NCBI GenBank assembly: GCA_964234715.1 | Contig: OZ174290.1 | Strand: one strand, 5' to 3' | Length of the DNA: 64,000 nt | Source of the DNA: Podarcis melisellensis | Lineage: Eukaryota | Shown here: in pieces, positions 24,692 through 37,607 of the stretch | Numbering within the stretch: the stretch's first letter is position 1 | Layout of the letters: each line of letters begins with the position of its first letter | Made by a program: the position numbers and the translations under genes | Notes under the pieces: model-generated | Seen by the model: only the letters and a program-made list of their open reading frames with translations | Told to the model about the DNA's origin: nothing | The model's database searches: none

Positions 24692-24869
24692 TGTCTAGGC
24701 TCAGCTAGACAGTGTCAAATCCAGGTTTTGTATATATGCCAGGGCTATGCATGGCAGCAAAGCATGAAAGAAGGGTAGGGCAAGGGTAGGGCAAGCCTAT
24801 GGAAAAGAGCTAAAGAGAGTGAAGTCCCTTAAGAGAGGGAGGCAAAAGTGCCAGCTTGGCCCTATGACC

Positions 24870-25000
24870 ATGGGTGCCTGGGGCTGTGGGTGCCATGCAG
24901 TGTGCATGTCCCTGGAACTGAAATTTGTGGGTGCGCAGCCCCTACATAGGGAATTTTGTGGCTGCTCAGGCACCCAGGGCCCCAGGGAGTTGGCTCCTAT
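24870..25000. mobile_element. degraded hAT/Tip100-like MITE
   Basis: catgggtgcc.../...ggagttggctcctatg ends; tgggtgcctg / caggcaccca internal inversion. Confidence 0.4.
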
Positions 25001-25807
25001 GGAGAGAGGAGGAAGTGGAAGTGGGGCTCTGCTCTCATCACCTCCTTGCAGCAGAGAAATAGTCCAGTCCCCATAACACTTGGCAAGGAAATCTCATTAT
25101 GTGTCCCTCAACCAGCTACTTTTGCACTTCAACACTATCATCTCTGAGGCAGGGTGGAGGGAGATTTACTGTTCTGAAGGCCTCCCACTTTTCTAAAAAC
25201 CCAATTCCTTACAGGCATTCTAAAGACGCGTGCAGAGAAACAGGTGCATACAAACAGATAATAGTGAATTGACTGGCTTGATGATGCCCCAGCAAACTCT
25301 CTGGAAGCCACCAAGCTGAGCACATCTGGCTAGTTGAAGCAGCAACACCATCACAAATATTATTCAGATGCACAGAGCAGAGAAAGAAATGTGAAAATCC
25401 ACCCTGAATCACTCCCTCTACTGCTAACAAATAAGCATGAATTACTTGCAGTAGAGCACTTTGCAGCACACAAGTCTGTCACGCCAACATCAATCCTTGT
25501 CCCAAGCCTTGCCCCTGTAATTCAGTTTGTCATCACTCAGTGAAGACCCCCATAAAGCAGGCCAACAAAAACAGGAAGCCAATAAGATGCCATGTTCAAC
25601 TTCTTCGAAAATGACATGGATGAGGTCATAGAGAGGAAGCTTATCAGATTGGCAGTGGACATAGCCTGAGCCACAATGAACCCCAGAAGTGGCAGCAACT
25701 GAAGTGAATAGGCAGGTCTATAGGGGGTAAGCCAATCTCTAAGGTACACTTCATCCTGGAGAAACTACCTGGCTCCATTTTCCCACCACCACCATCTTTA
25801 AGACAAC

Positions 25808-26300
25808 ATTAGTTTTGACCTTTAAAGCCCGATGCAGCCTAGGACCCACGTACCTACGGGACCGTCTCTCCTGGTATGCCGCGTGGAGGACCTTAAGGTC
25901 CATCAATAGCAAAACACTCTAGAGGTCCTGGGCCCTAAGGAAGTCAGATTAGCTTCAAAACAGGGCCAGGGCCTTTTCAACACTGGCTCCAGCCTGGTGG
26001 AACTCACTGTCTCATGAGACCAGGGCCCTGCAAGATCTTATTTCTTTTCGCAGGGCATGCAAGACAGAGCTGTTCCACCTGGCCTTTGCTTTCGACTCAG
26101 TCTGACCCTTATGTTTCCCTTCATTTATGTGATCTATGGGCTACTTTTAAAATGAGGCTGCATTTCAAATTGCATTTTAACCTGTATTTTAAATTGGTTT
26201 TTTTTGTGTGCCCCCCCCCCATTATGTTCTTACTGTAATTTTTACTGGTGTTAGCCACCCTGAGCCCGTCTCTAGCCGGGGAGGGTGGGATATAAATAAA

Positions 26301-26342
<42 letters not shown>
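25808..26342 (+). mobile_element. L2 LINE 3' end with (ATT)n tail
   Basis: LVLTFKA...LGPTYLRDRL, RAFSTLAPAWWNSL, FRRACKTELF motifs; gggatataaataaa then (att)n 26302-26342. Confidence 0.88.
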
Positions 26343-26343
<1 letters not shown>

Positions 26344-27360
26344 TACTATTACCGTAAATTGGGAGTTCTGGAAGATGACATTCTCTTTTTCCAGCTGTGC
26401 CTGCTTTTTATATAGGCATCTCACAGGATCTACACATGCTGATCCAGCAAATCTGAGGTTTGCATAGACACAGACACACAAGCTCCTTGTTAGTTCCTGA
26501 AACTTTCTGATACTTGAATGCTAATTCATAAATAATTGCAATTTCATAGTTAGTGCTACACACCAATAGTCCTGATCCAATACAAGAAGTGATGCCACAT
26601 ACCCAAATAAGCAGTGCACTGCACAATAATGACATGGTGCTGGAAATTTTGTTTTTAAAAGTGGTAGGTTAATTGCAACTATGTTTTCTTAGATTGTTGT
26701 ATGCCGCCTAGATCCTTGGGGAAATGCCCAATAAATCTCATCACTAAATACAAGAAGTGGTGGCAGCACATCTACCTTTATTGTCCGCAAAAGACACAGT
26801 CCAGAGAAGAAGTAGTTGTGCCACATCGCAGCCGTCTTCAGCCACACTTTGCTGGTGCCGTTGCAATAATATAAATGTCACAGCTATAACCTGGCTGTAT
26901 CGATCCTGCACAGCGGCTGGGATATCTGTGCTGGGATTAATATGTTGGCATCTCCAAGGAGTGGGGGGGGGAGGAATAGGTAAAGCCCATCTGACAGTTT
27001 CAATTAAGGGAGCGTGAAAAGCTATTTGCGTCAGAGACTCTGTCTTCCCAGGGAGAGCGGAGGGCAGCCCGAAGGCGGCCTGTCTGTACGCTTGGATCTG
27101 GCTAAGTGAAGTGATCGGCTACACGAAGTGATGGCCAACAGACCGATGCCTCCTCCACTGCCGTCTCTAGCTGACGAACCCCTCAGCCTTGTTTCCTTTG
27201 TCCGCCAGCTGCCTCAACAAGGATCCGACCTGACAGTCAGAAACGAGCTCTCGGGATTCTGTTCACTGAGCCCAAATTGGCAAATCAGCAGATGCTGAGA
27301 CACACCCACTGGGTGTAGGAAAACACCAAGCTGCAAAGCCTAAGACAAGGCATGCCAAGC

Positions 27361-27990
27361 CATAAGAGGAGCCTGGCTGCTGGATCAGACCAAAGGGGGC
27401 CCATCAAGCCCAGTGTCCTACTCTAACAGTGGCCAACCAGATGCCTCTTCTAGAAGGTAAACAAGTAGGACCTGAGTTCAACAGCATTCTCCCCACTTGT
27501 GATTCCCAGAACCTGGTATTCAGAAGCATACTTCCTCCAGCAATGAGGACAGGGCATAGCAATCCTGGTTGGTAAAGGTAAAGGGACCCCTGACCATTAG
27601 GTCCAGTTGTGGCTGATTCTGGGGTTGCGGCGCTCATCTCGCTTTATTGGCCGAGGGAGCCAGCGTACAGCTTCTGGGTCATGTGGCCAGCATGACTAAG
27701 CCGCTTCTGGCGAACCAGAGAAGTGCACGGAAATGCTGTTTACCTTCCCGCCGGGAATTGCTAGGTTGGCAGGAGCAGGGACCGAGCAACAAGAGCTCAC
27801 CCCATCACGGGGATTTGAACCGCCAACCTTCTGATCGGCAAATCCTAGGCTCTGTGGTTTAACCCACAGCGCCACCCACGTCCCAGCAGTCCTGGTTAGT
27901 AGTCATCAATTCCCTTACTCCACTAATGTTCTAATCCTCTTTTTAAGCCATCCAAGTTGGCCATCTCTACATTTTTGGAGAGAGAAATTC
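27361..27990 (-). mobile_element. CR1 3' end, split by a Sauria SINE
   Basis: cataagaggagcc...gctggatcagaccaa...cagtggccaaccagatgcc is the reverse complement of the CR1 tail type at 38070-38423; resumes after 27897. Confidence 0.75.
27571..27884 (-). mobile_element. Sauria SINE (Squam1) with ~40-bp internal deletion
   Basis: Aligns to 24336-24691 but lacks the ggtacc...gacgtgcttt segment; 13-bp TSD agca(a/g)tcctggtt (27558-27570, 27885-27897). Confidence 0.93.
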
Positions 27991-28085
27991 CAATGTGCCT
28001 TCACACAACTTTGTCTGCCTTAAAACTTCAGTTTTGCTCATGGCCCTCAGCTCTAGTCTTTTAAGTCAGGTAAATGTGGGGCACA

Positions 28086-28450
28086 GGGGACGCAGGTGGC
28101 GCTGTGGGTTAAAGCCTCAGCGCCTAGGACTTGCCGATCGAAAGGTCGGCGGTTCGAATCCCTGCGGCGGGGTGCGCTCCCGCTGCTCGGTCCCAGCGCC
28201 TGCCAACCTAGCAGTTCGAAAGCACCTCCGGGTGCAAGTAGATAAATAGGGACCGCTTACCAGCGGGAAGGTAAACGGCGTTTCCGTGTGCAGCTCTGGC
28301 TCGCCAGAGCAGCGATGTCACGCTGGCCACGTGACCCGGAAGTGTCTCCGGACAGCGCTGGCCCCTGGCCTCTTAAGTGAGATGGGCGCACAACCCCAGA
28401 GTCTGTCAAGACTGGCTCGTACGGGCAGGGGTACCTTTACCTTTACCTTT
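28086..28450 (+). mobile_element. Sauria SINE (Squam1), full length, distinct CpG-rich subfamily
   Basis: A box tggcgctgtggg, B box ggttcgaatcc, (ACCTTT)n tail; 13-bp TSD taaatgtggggca (28071-28083, 28450-28462). Confidence 0.95.
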
Positions 28451-29769
28451 AAATGTGGGGCAATTGGCTCCATCAAGGGATGTAATTCTTCCTTTACTGC
28501 CCAGAAAGAGACCCAGAAAGGCAAAAGAAGTCCATCTCAACACCTGGGAGAAGAACGTCACTCATCAGCTTTGCAGAGTGAAGAAGGGCTGCCACATTCA
28601 GCTCCGTGGAGAGCAACAGCTGCCTCTCCCTTCAGGGCAGAGGTCCACACATTAGCTTGCCACACTGAGCATCCCTCCCCCTCTGGTATGCATGCCAAGC
28701 CCCAGCCCTCCTCCCCAGCTCTGAGCTGGGGAAGGGGGAGAGGAGGGGAGAATCTTCCTTGCAGCAGTGCTGTACTTTGAGTGACAGCAACCACAGTACC
28801 CCTCCCCAGCTCAGAGCATGGAAGAGAGCTAGGGAGCACCTAGGTGGTGCTCAGAGCATCTTGGAGAAGTTCCAGCCCACCCTCCTGCTGAGCTCAGAGT
28901 TGGCAAGAGTAGCGGTCACCTCTGACTTTCCCGCTTTTAGCTAATCATTGGGGTGTTGTTGTTTTTTTAAAAAAGTTTCAAACACCTGTTTTTACTGATA
29001 ATTTCATTGTTTTACTCCTTTTGTAAACCACTTTGATGTTTCCCCCCCTACAATCAAAATAAAAAACATCCTCATGCATTCAGAATTAAACATCACCGCA
29101 TAAAACCATAAGAGGTGTCTCTGCCCTTTGGAACAACATTATCTACACAGATCTCTGCTAAACTGTCTATGTGTGGAACAGTGAGTTGGGCTGAAACAGC
29201 TGCTTTCACCACAGAAAAGCATGGACTAGATGAGACTGCATGGAGCTCCAGGGTGGCAGAGGAGGAAAGACCTTGTTGGCACCACAGACAGAGTAGCCCT
29301 TCAAAATGGGCTCTATTTGCACTCAAGACACTATTTCGGCAGACTCATTAACCACAACTCCTCAGTGAGCCAGGGAGATGCTTGACTAAGAGAAGCTTTT
29401 CTGTCAACTTCTTAAGTGAGTCCTAGCTGGCAGTGTCAGCCCAGCACTTCAACAGCAGGCCATGCTAACTCATCCACCATCCGTATGGAGCTTAAAATGA
29501 ACTGACACCCCACAGCACCACCACCTTCACCAGCTGGTGATCCCCTCAAGATAAAAGGAGTAAGAAAAGACTCACCCATGGACCACTCCCACTTTGTCCA
29601 ATGCAGGAAGCCAGAACAAGATCATGAGCTGCAGCAAACACTGGGACAAGTCTAGGATTGCCATGACAACCATATAAAAACCTGAGCCGTACCTGTTAGG
29701 AACCCTTTGCTAATTTCCCCAATATTCTGTGGTGCGGGAGGTAGCTTTTGGGGTGAAAAGGAGAGGAAA

Positions 29770-30020
29770 GGCTTTCCTGCGGTGGCATCACAGCTTTGGG
29801 ATGCTCTCTCAGGAGAGATTTGCCTCCTTGAAACCTACACCAATGCCTTTCCAGTGCCAGACAAGTACCCCCATTTTTATTTCCTAGGCTTCTTTACCAC
29901 TTTAGTGGTTTAGATTTGTCGATCTGTTTTATTTGGATGCTGCTTTTATAGACTTGCTGTTTCTAACATGTTAGTTATTCCATCGTGTTTTCACGTTTTA
30001 ATTACAAATAAATCCATAAA
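29770..30020 (+). mobile_element. L2-like 3' fragment
   Basis: gctttcctgcggtggcatcacagctttgggatgctctc (AF..VA.QLW.AL) then T-rich UTR. Confidence 0.55.
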
Positions 30021-32320
30021 AAATTAAAGGGAGGACTCCATGGGCTTGCTGATAGTAATGGGGCTGGAGGAGGAGTCTTGAACGCCACCTCAGTCAGCTT
30101 AGTCAAGGAGCCTGTCAGGCTACAGGAACTGTCCTTCCCTCTTATCACAGAACAGCTGCAGTCAAAAGAGCTTGTATCTTGAATCAAACACCTGGAACTC
30201 CATCTCCCCTCCTAGAAAATGTCACCCAACCCCCCCCAACCCACTCCTGCCCACTATTGCATGTTCCAAGCCTGTAATACACACCAGGTCAGCACTATTA
30301 CACCTCTGTGATACACACCAGAGTCTATAAACAATGGCCACATTTTAACTGAGCTGGCATTAAATAGGAGCAGAAGATCTATCCATGGAAAGCTGACCAA
30401 GCTCTCCAGGAGCACAGAGTCTAGCAAAGTGAAATCTCAGTTTCTTTTAACCCCAACCCTTCCCCTCAAAAGGGACCAACTACTATGGATTTCTACCAGA
30501 CAACTTATTTATTATATTTCTTATTTATTATATTTATTTCAAGCTGGATAAGACTCCCAGAGCAGCTTACAAGTATCAGTAATATGTCCCCACAGAACCC
30601 TCTACAGCAAGGCTAGGAAAAGAGAAAATTGTCAAGCATACAGCAATGATACCAGGCCAGGGCAGTACCAAAGGCAGAAAGATAATTATGGGCCAGTCAA
30701 TCTAACGACCCCATTCAGGTCACATGCATTTAACAGACAAGCTTAGCCGATCCCACTGGAATAAGCATAATCCTCCACTTGCAAGCCTAACTAATCCAGC
30801 CCTAAAAGGTCTAGAAGCCTTTGCCAGAGCACAGAGGTGTCTAACAGGCACATGGGGTTTGTGCCCCATCCTCAATACACCTCTAGAAGATGACACTTCC
30901 CTTTAGAGCATTGTCTCACCAGTCCCAGCAGCCTCCAACCACCGGAGACCAGCTGAGTTGGTGGAAAGGACCCCAGTCTCAAAGGTAGGAGGGCTTTCAA
31001 GGGTCACTAGCAGGCCAGTGGAGGGAGGTTCAAGCCAGGGGTAAGCCACCTCAGGCCAGGAGGAAGGAGAGAGGAAAACCAACCAGAGAAAACCATTCAG
31101 ACTGAATGCAGACACCTGCTCTTTGTACATCTCAGCAGCACAGGGCCAAAAGATACTACTCTGTGCCCAGAGATCTTGCAGACCGCTTCCTCCGACTCAG
31201 CTGTGGACCTTTCCCAAGGCTGTCTCCCTATAAAATCTTCCCACTGCTGTTCTGCATTCTGATATAGGTAGCCTTGTACAGTTCTCCCACAGAGGAAGCT
31301 ATGCCCGAATGGGAAAGCCTGAGCTACCCCACCCTTATGCATATGCATGTGTGGGTGTGCACGTGCACCCACCCACCCATCTTGAGAAAGATCTGGGCTT
31401 AGGAAATGAGGCAGTGGGGGGAGGACTCTGAAAGGGTGGCACCTGTCAAGCAAAATTGCAGCCACGTCCATCTGCACCACAGCCCAGAGGCAGAGGTTAA
31501 ATATTAATGTGTTCTGCCTTTCACATTAAAAGGTTCCATCACAGTCTCTCACTTCTAGTCCTGCTCTGAACATTCACTCCTCAAACCAAACCAGGAAAAG
31601 GAGCTTCCAGGAGAAGCAAACAGAGCAGGTTTGATCTTGACTCTGAGCAGACCCCAAGAAAGAAAGACAAAGAACAATGGGTGCAATAGAAAGAACACAC
31701 ACAACCCCCTCCCTGCTTTCTCAGTACAAAGCCAAGTCCCCAGGCTGCTGGATGAGGGCTGGCTGGCTGACTGTGGCACCTCCTTGCACATTCAGGGCTC
31801 CAAGGTTAGGCAGTGGCTTTGCAGTTTCAGGTCAGGAGAGTGGGCAGAAATGGATTCTGGTGATTAGTCAAGGAACAAAGTGTAAACGGTGGGAGAGACG
31901 CAGGCCCTCTAGGACAAGGGTACACTTCAGCCCATCAGCCAACAAGAGGTAGAACAAGCAGGGCTACACACTCACCCCCTGTCCCATCTCAGCAGCAAGA
32001 GGGAGGCAGCAGCTGTGGGAAAGGAACCCAGTCCCAGCCTGCTCAGGAGTCCGCAGACACTTGGCGTCCTGTCACAGCAAGGGCCTGGGTATCACACTTT
32101 GGGGGCACCATATTCTAGCAAGCTCCTTTTGAAGCATAAAGCCCATTGCCCAGATAACGAGGTACGCCCAGGATTCAGTAGCAGTCTGCACAATGGGAAG
32201 GAGGAAGCACCAACTAGCTTAGCCCACACCCTCTGAGCTGTTCCATATCCAGCAAAAGGGTTGTTTGGATCCTTTCCTCTTTTTTAGAATAGTATGGATT
32301 ACACACACCCCCCACCACCA

Positions 32321-32350
32321 CAAAACAAAACAAAACAAAACAAACAAACA
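32321..32350. repeat. (CAAAA)n/(CAAA)n repeat
   Basis: Direct reading. Confidence 0.85.
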
Positions 32351-33139
32351 TCCAGACTTTGTGCAAGCAAAAGAAAATAAACAAATGAGTGACAAACCCT
32401 TCCAATATGGCACTTTGGAGCTGAGGCAATGGAACATATCAGATAAGAGGCATACAAATTGGCATTTTTGTACCAGGAGATGGCAAAAAGTGGGTGTCGT
32501 TCCCCCCCCCCCATCCGCTATGCATCTGCAGAGATGCTTGGTGCAGCACCGCCACAGCCCCTTGAACCCAGGGTCCTACACTGGGCAGAGGAATATTTAG
32601 ATAAGGACAAGATTCAGGCAACTTTCCTTAGAGAACCTTCTGTACTCTGTCCCCTGCCCTCCCAGCCATCTCTGGCAGCAGCTCCCCTCCTCCCTTTATA
32701 GAATCCAAAGGATACAAAACTAGCGCAGGGCACTTTAAGGCACCCAGCTAGCTCCTTCCAGGAGGTGGGGCCTAATGCAGAAGAGAGCCATTATTTTCCA
32801 GCCAGCCTAAGTTCACTGGGACCCGCCTGGAGTTCTGTGCTATGGTTCCCTGAACTGGTACGAATCAATTCACTGTCATCTCTCTGGATGTGACTTTGCC
32901 TGTATAGGATGAGACCCTTTGCTTCACCAAGACACTACCTGATGAAAGGTTTCTGTCTCCCTTCCTGTGAGCTTGGCTAAACAGGATCAGTGTCCCCATT
33001 TCAAAGACTGCGCCAGCCTACTTTTTTGGTGCTGCAGTTCAAGGCTGGTAGAAGGCCAGCCTTTAAAGACACCTATGCCTTCAGATCGTCAGGGTCCTCC
33101 TCCTCTGGAACTGAAAGTCTATATTGGTGGCAGCATAAA

Positions 33140-33346
33140 AGAGCATAGAAAACAGCCTTATTCTTCCATCAGCCATAGCAGCCAGCACTGCAGAGTCAGA
33201 GATTATGGGAATTACAGTTGCCCTGACTGGCAGTGGCTCTCTATGGTTTCAGGCCTTTCTTAACCTACCTGTGGATGCCAGAGACTGATCCTGGGACTTC
33301 TTCTCTGGAAACCATGTCTTCAAACACCAAACTACAGGTCTTTCCC
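33140..33346 (-). mobile_element. degraded Squam3-like SINE
   Basis: ctgactggcagtggctctc...gatgccagagactgatcctgggactt...actacaggtctttccc is the reverse complement of the Squam3 layout. Confidence 0.55.
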
Positions 33347-34859
33347 AGCATCTGCCCGGCTGCCAAACTAGGCAGATGTTCTGCTCTCTTCCCTACCACA
33401 CAGCAGCTGCAACCAGGTCTTTTTGACAGACAGATCCTATTAAAAGCTCTTTGTGAGACCACCTCTCCAGAAGAACCTCCTCCTTCCCCCCCCCCACCCT
33501 TCCGTGTTGGGCTTGGGCTCACCTGCTGTCTGAATATGTACCTGAGGATGCTGGTCAGGAGAGAATGCTGGGAAAGATGGCAACTATTATGTTCAAGCAC
33601 AAGAAAGCTGGAGAAAATCTATGCATAGGATGCAAAGAGGCCGGGTACCGGTAATCCCTCTCACTTACAAGCTGACGCAAGTGACTCAGGACAGCCGGTA
33701 GGTGAGGAGCTTTCACAGGGTAGAAGGGCTGGAGAGAAGGACTTTCCCCCATCCCAGCTCTTGATGAAACTCCCAGCCACAAACCAAATTTGGGCATCCT
33801 CTAAGTACAACAGTAGCTACCCCCCAGAAGAGAGGGGACCACACCAGGCAGAGGCTAAAACCCCTTGCTCTCAGCCAGCCTTGGAGCTACAGAGCCACAC
33901 TGGGTCTCTTGTACACCTTTGACACTTTTCTGTCAGATTGATGCACAAAATGGATATACCCTCTGGTGCCAGGGGAATTCTTCGTGACTGTTGTGGATCA
34001 TATAGAGCTGCTTCATCTGTTAGCTCCATGTCACAGATCCCTGGAAATTGTAAACTTTAAGGGGCTAGTCCATTATTTCATTATTATTACTATTTTGGAA
34101 ATGTGAAGATACTCGGCAAACCGCAGATCCCTATAATATGAACCCGCTGAGGAAAATTGTCCATGAGTCACACAACTCTGGTCCTCAAGATCTCCACAGG
34201 CAGGCACTGCTTTTACCAACAAACAGGCCTCCTGGCCTCAAGGGAATGGCTGGACTTATAGCCTCGCCTGTCCCTACCATGCCCTTACTTGCTCAGCTAA
34301 GAAAGCAACAGCAACCCTGAGAATTGTCCTCTTTCCTATCAGGCAGGGAGGGGCAGAGGAAGGGACAAAAAGCTGCTTCCTTGGCCTCTAAAATGGATAG
34401 CCCTGACCTCAGAGGCCAGGCCACTGACTTCAGCACTGCTGCAGTAGCTTGCTGCCTCCCCAACCGAGGTGTTGCTTTCCCATCAGTCCCCAGTTGAAGC
34501 CTTCTGTATTGGACTGGCGGGTGGGAGAAAAAGGTAAAACACAAGAAAACATACCTTCTGGCAAAACCCAGAGCACCACTTATACAACATCTTTACCCAC
34601 TCCATTATTTATAGCACAACTGAAACATTTATTTCTCTGCTGCAACTACTGAGCACCCGGCTTTCCTGTGGAGGCAGAACAAGTACTATGGAGAGCTGCT
34701 AAAATGCTAGACGTCCTAACCCAAAATGCCACACAAATGATGGTGGAAGCACTGGGAGGTTGTGGGGAGGGGTAAGGAGAGGGGCAATCTGGTGGCACAC
34801 ACAACTGCCACAGCACAACAGGGTGGGTACAAAGCCTAATGGCCTGCCTTCATTTTCAC

Positions 34860-34948
34860 ATCTGTGGCCCTCCAGATGTTGCTCCCACCAGCATGGCCAG
34901 TGGTCAGGGATGGTGGAAGTTTCAGTCCCAACAAAATCTGGAAGGTCA
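34860..34948. mobile_element. older partial relative of the 136-bp hAT hairpin MITE
   Basis: ggccctccagatgttg...tggtcagggatggtggaagtttcagtcccaacaaaatctggaagg. Confidence 0.6.
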
Positions 34949-35609
34949 TCCCTCCTGATGCAGACAAGGCTGAGCTACAGGTACTAACATTATAAGACTA
35001 ATTCCATGCTTCACACAAGAGAATCGCTATGCAGACTTGATGCCAAGTACAAACCTCCCACAGAACTTTGCAAGAAGGCCTAAGCAGAAGAACCGTCAGG
35101 AAGGACTCGCCCTCCTCAAGCTAACATTACTGTATATTGTTCAGAGATCTATTGTTGTTTGCTAACTGAAAAATGGAACAAAAGTACAGAAATATCATTT
35201 CCAGAGCCTTGGAGACAACTTTGTGGGGTTGCTGCTTTGAGGGTTATTGGGAACTCAAAAAACCATCATACAGGAACCAGGGACTATGGACAGGCAGAAG
35301 AATGAAGTTGGTGGCCATCCCAACATCTTGTGGACTACATGGTATGGGCAGAAGAATGAATGTGAAAAGCACTCAAGAAGAGTGGATAAATGTCTGAAAT
35401 GTTAACAGAATCCAGACAAGTCAGCCTTTCCAGCGCCTCAGCATACAACACTGGTGAACCCACCTTTTAGTGAAAACTTGGGAGGGCATTTTAAGGTGTT
35501 TTGTTCTGTTTTTTACTGCAACATGCTTCACTGGCTGCTTTGAACCTTCAGCTGGAGCAAAATTCAGCTGACTTTTCAGCAATCACTCCAGCTCTGTTTC
35601 ATCACCACC

Positions 35610-36081
35610 AGTTCATTTCCAGGTACAAGTGCTTGTTCTTACCTATAAAGCCGTAAGCCATTTGGGGCTATGATATCTGAAGGACTGCTTCCTCCTATAT
35701 GATCCTGCCCACCCACTGTGCTCAGCACCCAAGACCTTGCTGTGTGCCCCACAGTCTCATTCAGGTGAGGCATAAAACATGGCTGTTTCTACTGAGGCTC
35801 CCATGTTGTGGTACTTCCACCCCAGGAAGATTTGGCTGGCCTTTGCCCTTCCAGCTTTCAGTGAGTTGTTCTGACCTTTTAACTTTATCTAGCTTTTTGT
35901 TTGGGGCTTATTTGTTTTTTAATTGTGCGTGTGTCTCCCACCTCTTGCTTACCCTGTTCTTATATTATTCTGCTCCAGAGGGTTTTTACTGTGTAGAAAT
36001 TATTCTGTTATGTTTTAATTGCTTTACAGTACACCTTTTTAGGGCTGAAAAGTGGCAGATAAATCTTCTTAATAAATAAAA
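35610..36081 (+). mobile_element. L2 LINE 3' fragment
   Basis: gttcttacctataaagccgtaagccatttggggctatgatatctgaaggac (VLTYKA...LG..YLKD); tail ends aataaataaaa. Confidence 0.7.
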
Positions 36082-36489
36082 TACAGACCACTGTTATGAA
36101 GAAATTTTACAGGCTGACAGGAAAGCAGCTGACAGGTCACTCACTTCCTAGGTCTCCTCCCATCCGCGGGAATTTAATTAATTAAGGCATCCACTTAAAC
36201 TGTGACAAGGGCATAGCAAAGGCATTGTGTGCCGGGAGCTAAACTCTTAGAGGTAATAAGCCTGTAGAAACTTATTTTTCAGCTCTCCCATAGGAAGATT
36301 TGTATTGCAGCCTGTCCCAAGGATCAGCTTTCCGTACCTGAAGACTAGAAAGTTGCCAACATGAAACCATTTTTTAAAAAAAGTTATCCAGGGGAGATCC
36401 AGGAATTTACAGACTGTTAGCTTAATGTTTGTTAAGGAAAATGGCTGAAACACATTTTTAAAGATACAATTACCATCCATACCAAAGAA

Positions 36490-36945
36490 GCCTTGCTGAA
36501 CCAGATGCAGTTTGGCTTCTAAAAGGGCAAGTCCTGTCTCACTAACCTTGAGGACTTATTTGAAAGTGTCAACAAGCATACAGAAGTGATGCAACTTACA
36601 TTTTGTGCTTAAACTTACAAAAAGCTTTAGTTCCTGAGACTCCTTAGCAGTCATGGAATAAGAGGAGATGTCCTCTTGTGGATCAGGAACTGGTTAAGAA
36701 AGATACAGAGAGCAGGACTGGACAGTTCTCATAATGGAGGGTCATATGAAATGGCGCCTCCAGTTGCTTTTTATCCTGTTCATAAATCTTCAGGAGTTGG
36801 AGTGCACAGTGAGGTAGCCAAGTTTGCCCAACAATACCAAATCCTTCAGGTTGGTTAAAACAAAAAGATATTACAAGGTTCCATGAAAGGATCTCTCCAG
36901 AATGGGTGACTAGGCAGTCAAATGGCAAATGCAATTCAATATACG
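36490..36945 (+). mobile_element. CR1 LINE RT-domain fragment, left part
   Basis: GF.KGKSCLTNL, QKA, HGIRGDVLLWIRNWL, VAKFA and WQMQFN (36923-36940) in order, with frameshifts. Confidence 0.88.
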
Positions 36946-36959
36946 GTAAGCAAAAAATA

Positions 36960-37235
36960 GGCTTCCGGTTTGCTCGTGAAGGGGAATGGCAGCGCAGTGT
37001 GAGTCATCCGCTTAAGAGACGACCACTACCGGGGTTTCTGGGCGATTGGGGGTGAGTGCCAGGGTTAGACACACCCCAAAAAAGCCCCATGGGTAGTGGG
37101 GTGTCGAGGGGACCAGCCGGGCTCGAACAGGCTCGCTGTAATCGCCGGAACCCCGCCGCTGCATCGGCAGTGTGTGGGGGGGTGAGACAGCGGCTTGAGC
37201 CTGTCTGTGGCTCCAGCGCGGCTCAGAAATCTGTA
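36960..37235 (+). mobile_element. CpG-rich insertion resembling an L1-type 5' UTR
   Basis: Starts gggcttccggt...aatggc after A-rich flank aagcaaaaaata; sharply CpG-rich; interrupts CR1. Confidence 0.55.
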
Positions 37236-37239
37236 ACCA

Positions 37240-37525
37240 CAAAAAAAAAGGAAATTGTAAAGCTGGAAAATGTTCAGAAAAGGGCAACCAAAATGATCAA
37301 GGGGCTGAAGCAACTCTCCTATGAGGAAAGGTTACACCATCTGGGGGGCTTTTTAGTTTAGGGAAAAGGTGAGCTAGGGTGCACATGATAGAAGTGTATA
37401 AGACGATGTACAGTATGTAATACTAGAACCCAGACAATGAAGTGGTACATTGAAGGATTCAGGACAAACAAAAGAAAGAGGTACTTCATACAGTGCATAG
37501 CTGAACTGTGGAATTCACTACTACA
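37240..37525 (+). mobile_element. CR1 LINE ORF2 C-terminal fragment, right part
   Basis: KKEIVKLENVQKRATKMIKGLKQLSYEERLHHLG, MIEVYK, FRTNKR, LWNSL. Confidence 0.9.
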
Positions 37526-37607
37526 GGGTCCATCATGAATTTGCCAAATCCTCTTTTAAAGCCATCCAAATTGGTAGCCACCGCTATGTATTGTGGGAGG
37601 GAATTAC

